Source: an uncultured Phycisphaerales bacterium (lineage in GTDB: Bacteria > Planctomycetota > Phycisphaerae > Sedimentisphaerales > Anaerobacaceae). From it: a stretch of DNA of 64,000 bases. The stretch covers positions 608,001 to 672,000 of the forward strand of contig CAVYYI010000003.1 of assembly GCA_963772725.1 (NCBI GenBank). Direction: 5' to 3'. A program made the translations under genes and the position numbers. Of this stretch, positions 63,764 to 64,000 are shown piece after piece. How positions within the stretch are numbered: position 1 is the stretch's first letter; each line of letters begins with the position of its first letter. Below the pieces are notes generated by a model, which did no database searches, was not told where the DNA came from, and was given only the letters and a program-made list of their open reading frames with translations.

Positions 63764-64000
63764 TTATTGTCTGATGTTTTTTGTGCTGTTTTTATCTATG
63801 AAAACATCTTTGACGCAGTCTTCAAATTTATTTCCGCTTAGCTGAACATTCTGCGCGTTGGTGATGCTTATCGCGGACGTATTTTTATTATAGTTAATGC
63901 CCTTAAAGAGGTTGTCCTTTATGACGATGCCATCGTTGTATGGCTCATTTTTAAAAAGTGGCGCAGTTTTGATATATTTTGACGCAGCCGTTGTTAGGAA
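63764..64000 (-). CDS. C-terminus of a right-handed beta-helix protein (partial)
   Basis: GIVIKDNLF..AISITNAQNVQLSGNKF; runs off the window end. Confidence 0.6.
   Translation of the reverse strand, partial: FLTTAASKYIKTAPLFKNEPYNDGIVIKDNLFKGINYNKNTSAISITNAQNVQLSGNKFEDCVKDVFIDKNSTKNIRQ

Overview
Bacterial chromosome segment, probably from a planctomycete (Phycisphaerae-like; inferred from sialate O-acetylesterase paralogs, PEP-CTERM and prepilin-type motifs). About 1-45.4 kb is a composite, IS-riddled genomic island that ends at a tRNA-Phe gene. It holds four near-identical IS21 copies, IS110, IS5, IS630 and ISKra4 remnants, and an IS481-like element with a 17-bp target duplication. Its modules are: (i) an internally deleted type III mod gene followed by an N6-adenine methyltransferase/PIN nuclease pair; (ii) a 12-25 kb element with a small tyrosine recombinase, a PC4-like protein, a GHKL ATPase, an archaeal-type Orc1/Cdc6 initiator and a HerA-like ATPase, whose genes mostly lack Shine-Dalgarno sites and are preceded by archaeal-looking BRE-TATA motifs; (iii) an ECF sigma / putative anti-sigma / Lon-like protease-methyltransferase operon; (iv) a tRNA-Phe-integrated element with DUF932, a membrane/ATPase/wHTH/nuclease module and a TerY-P triad. 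About 45.5-64 kb is core-like: ccmEABC, esterases, tRNA-Leu, a Re-citrate synthase-like gene, aroE, a PEP-CTERM gene and a candidate structured ncRNA. Many single-base frameshifts may be sequencing errors. All protein calls come from motif recognition by eye, not from database searches.
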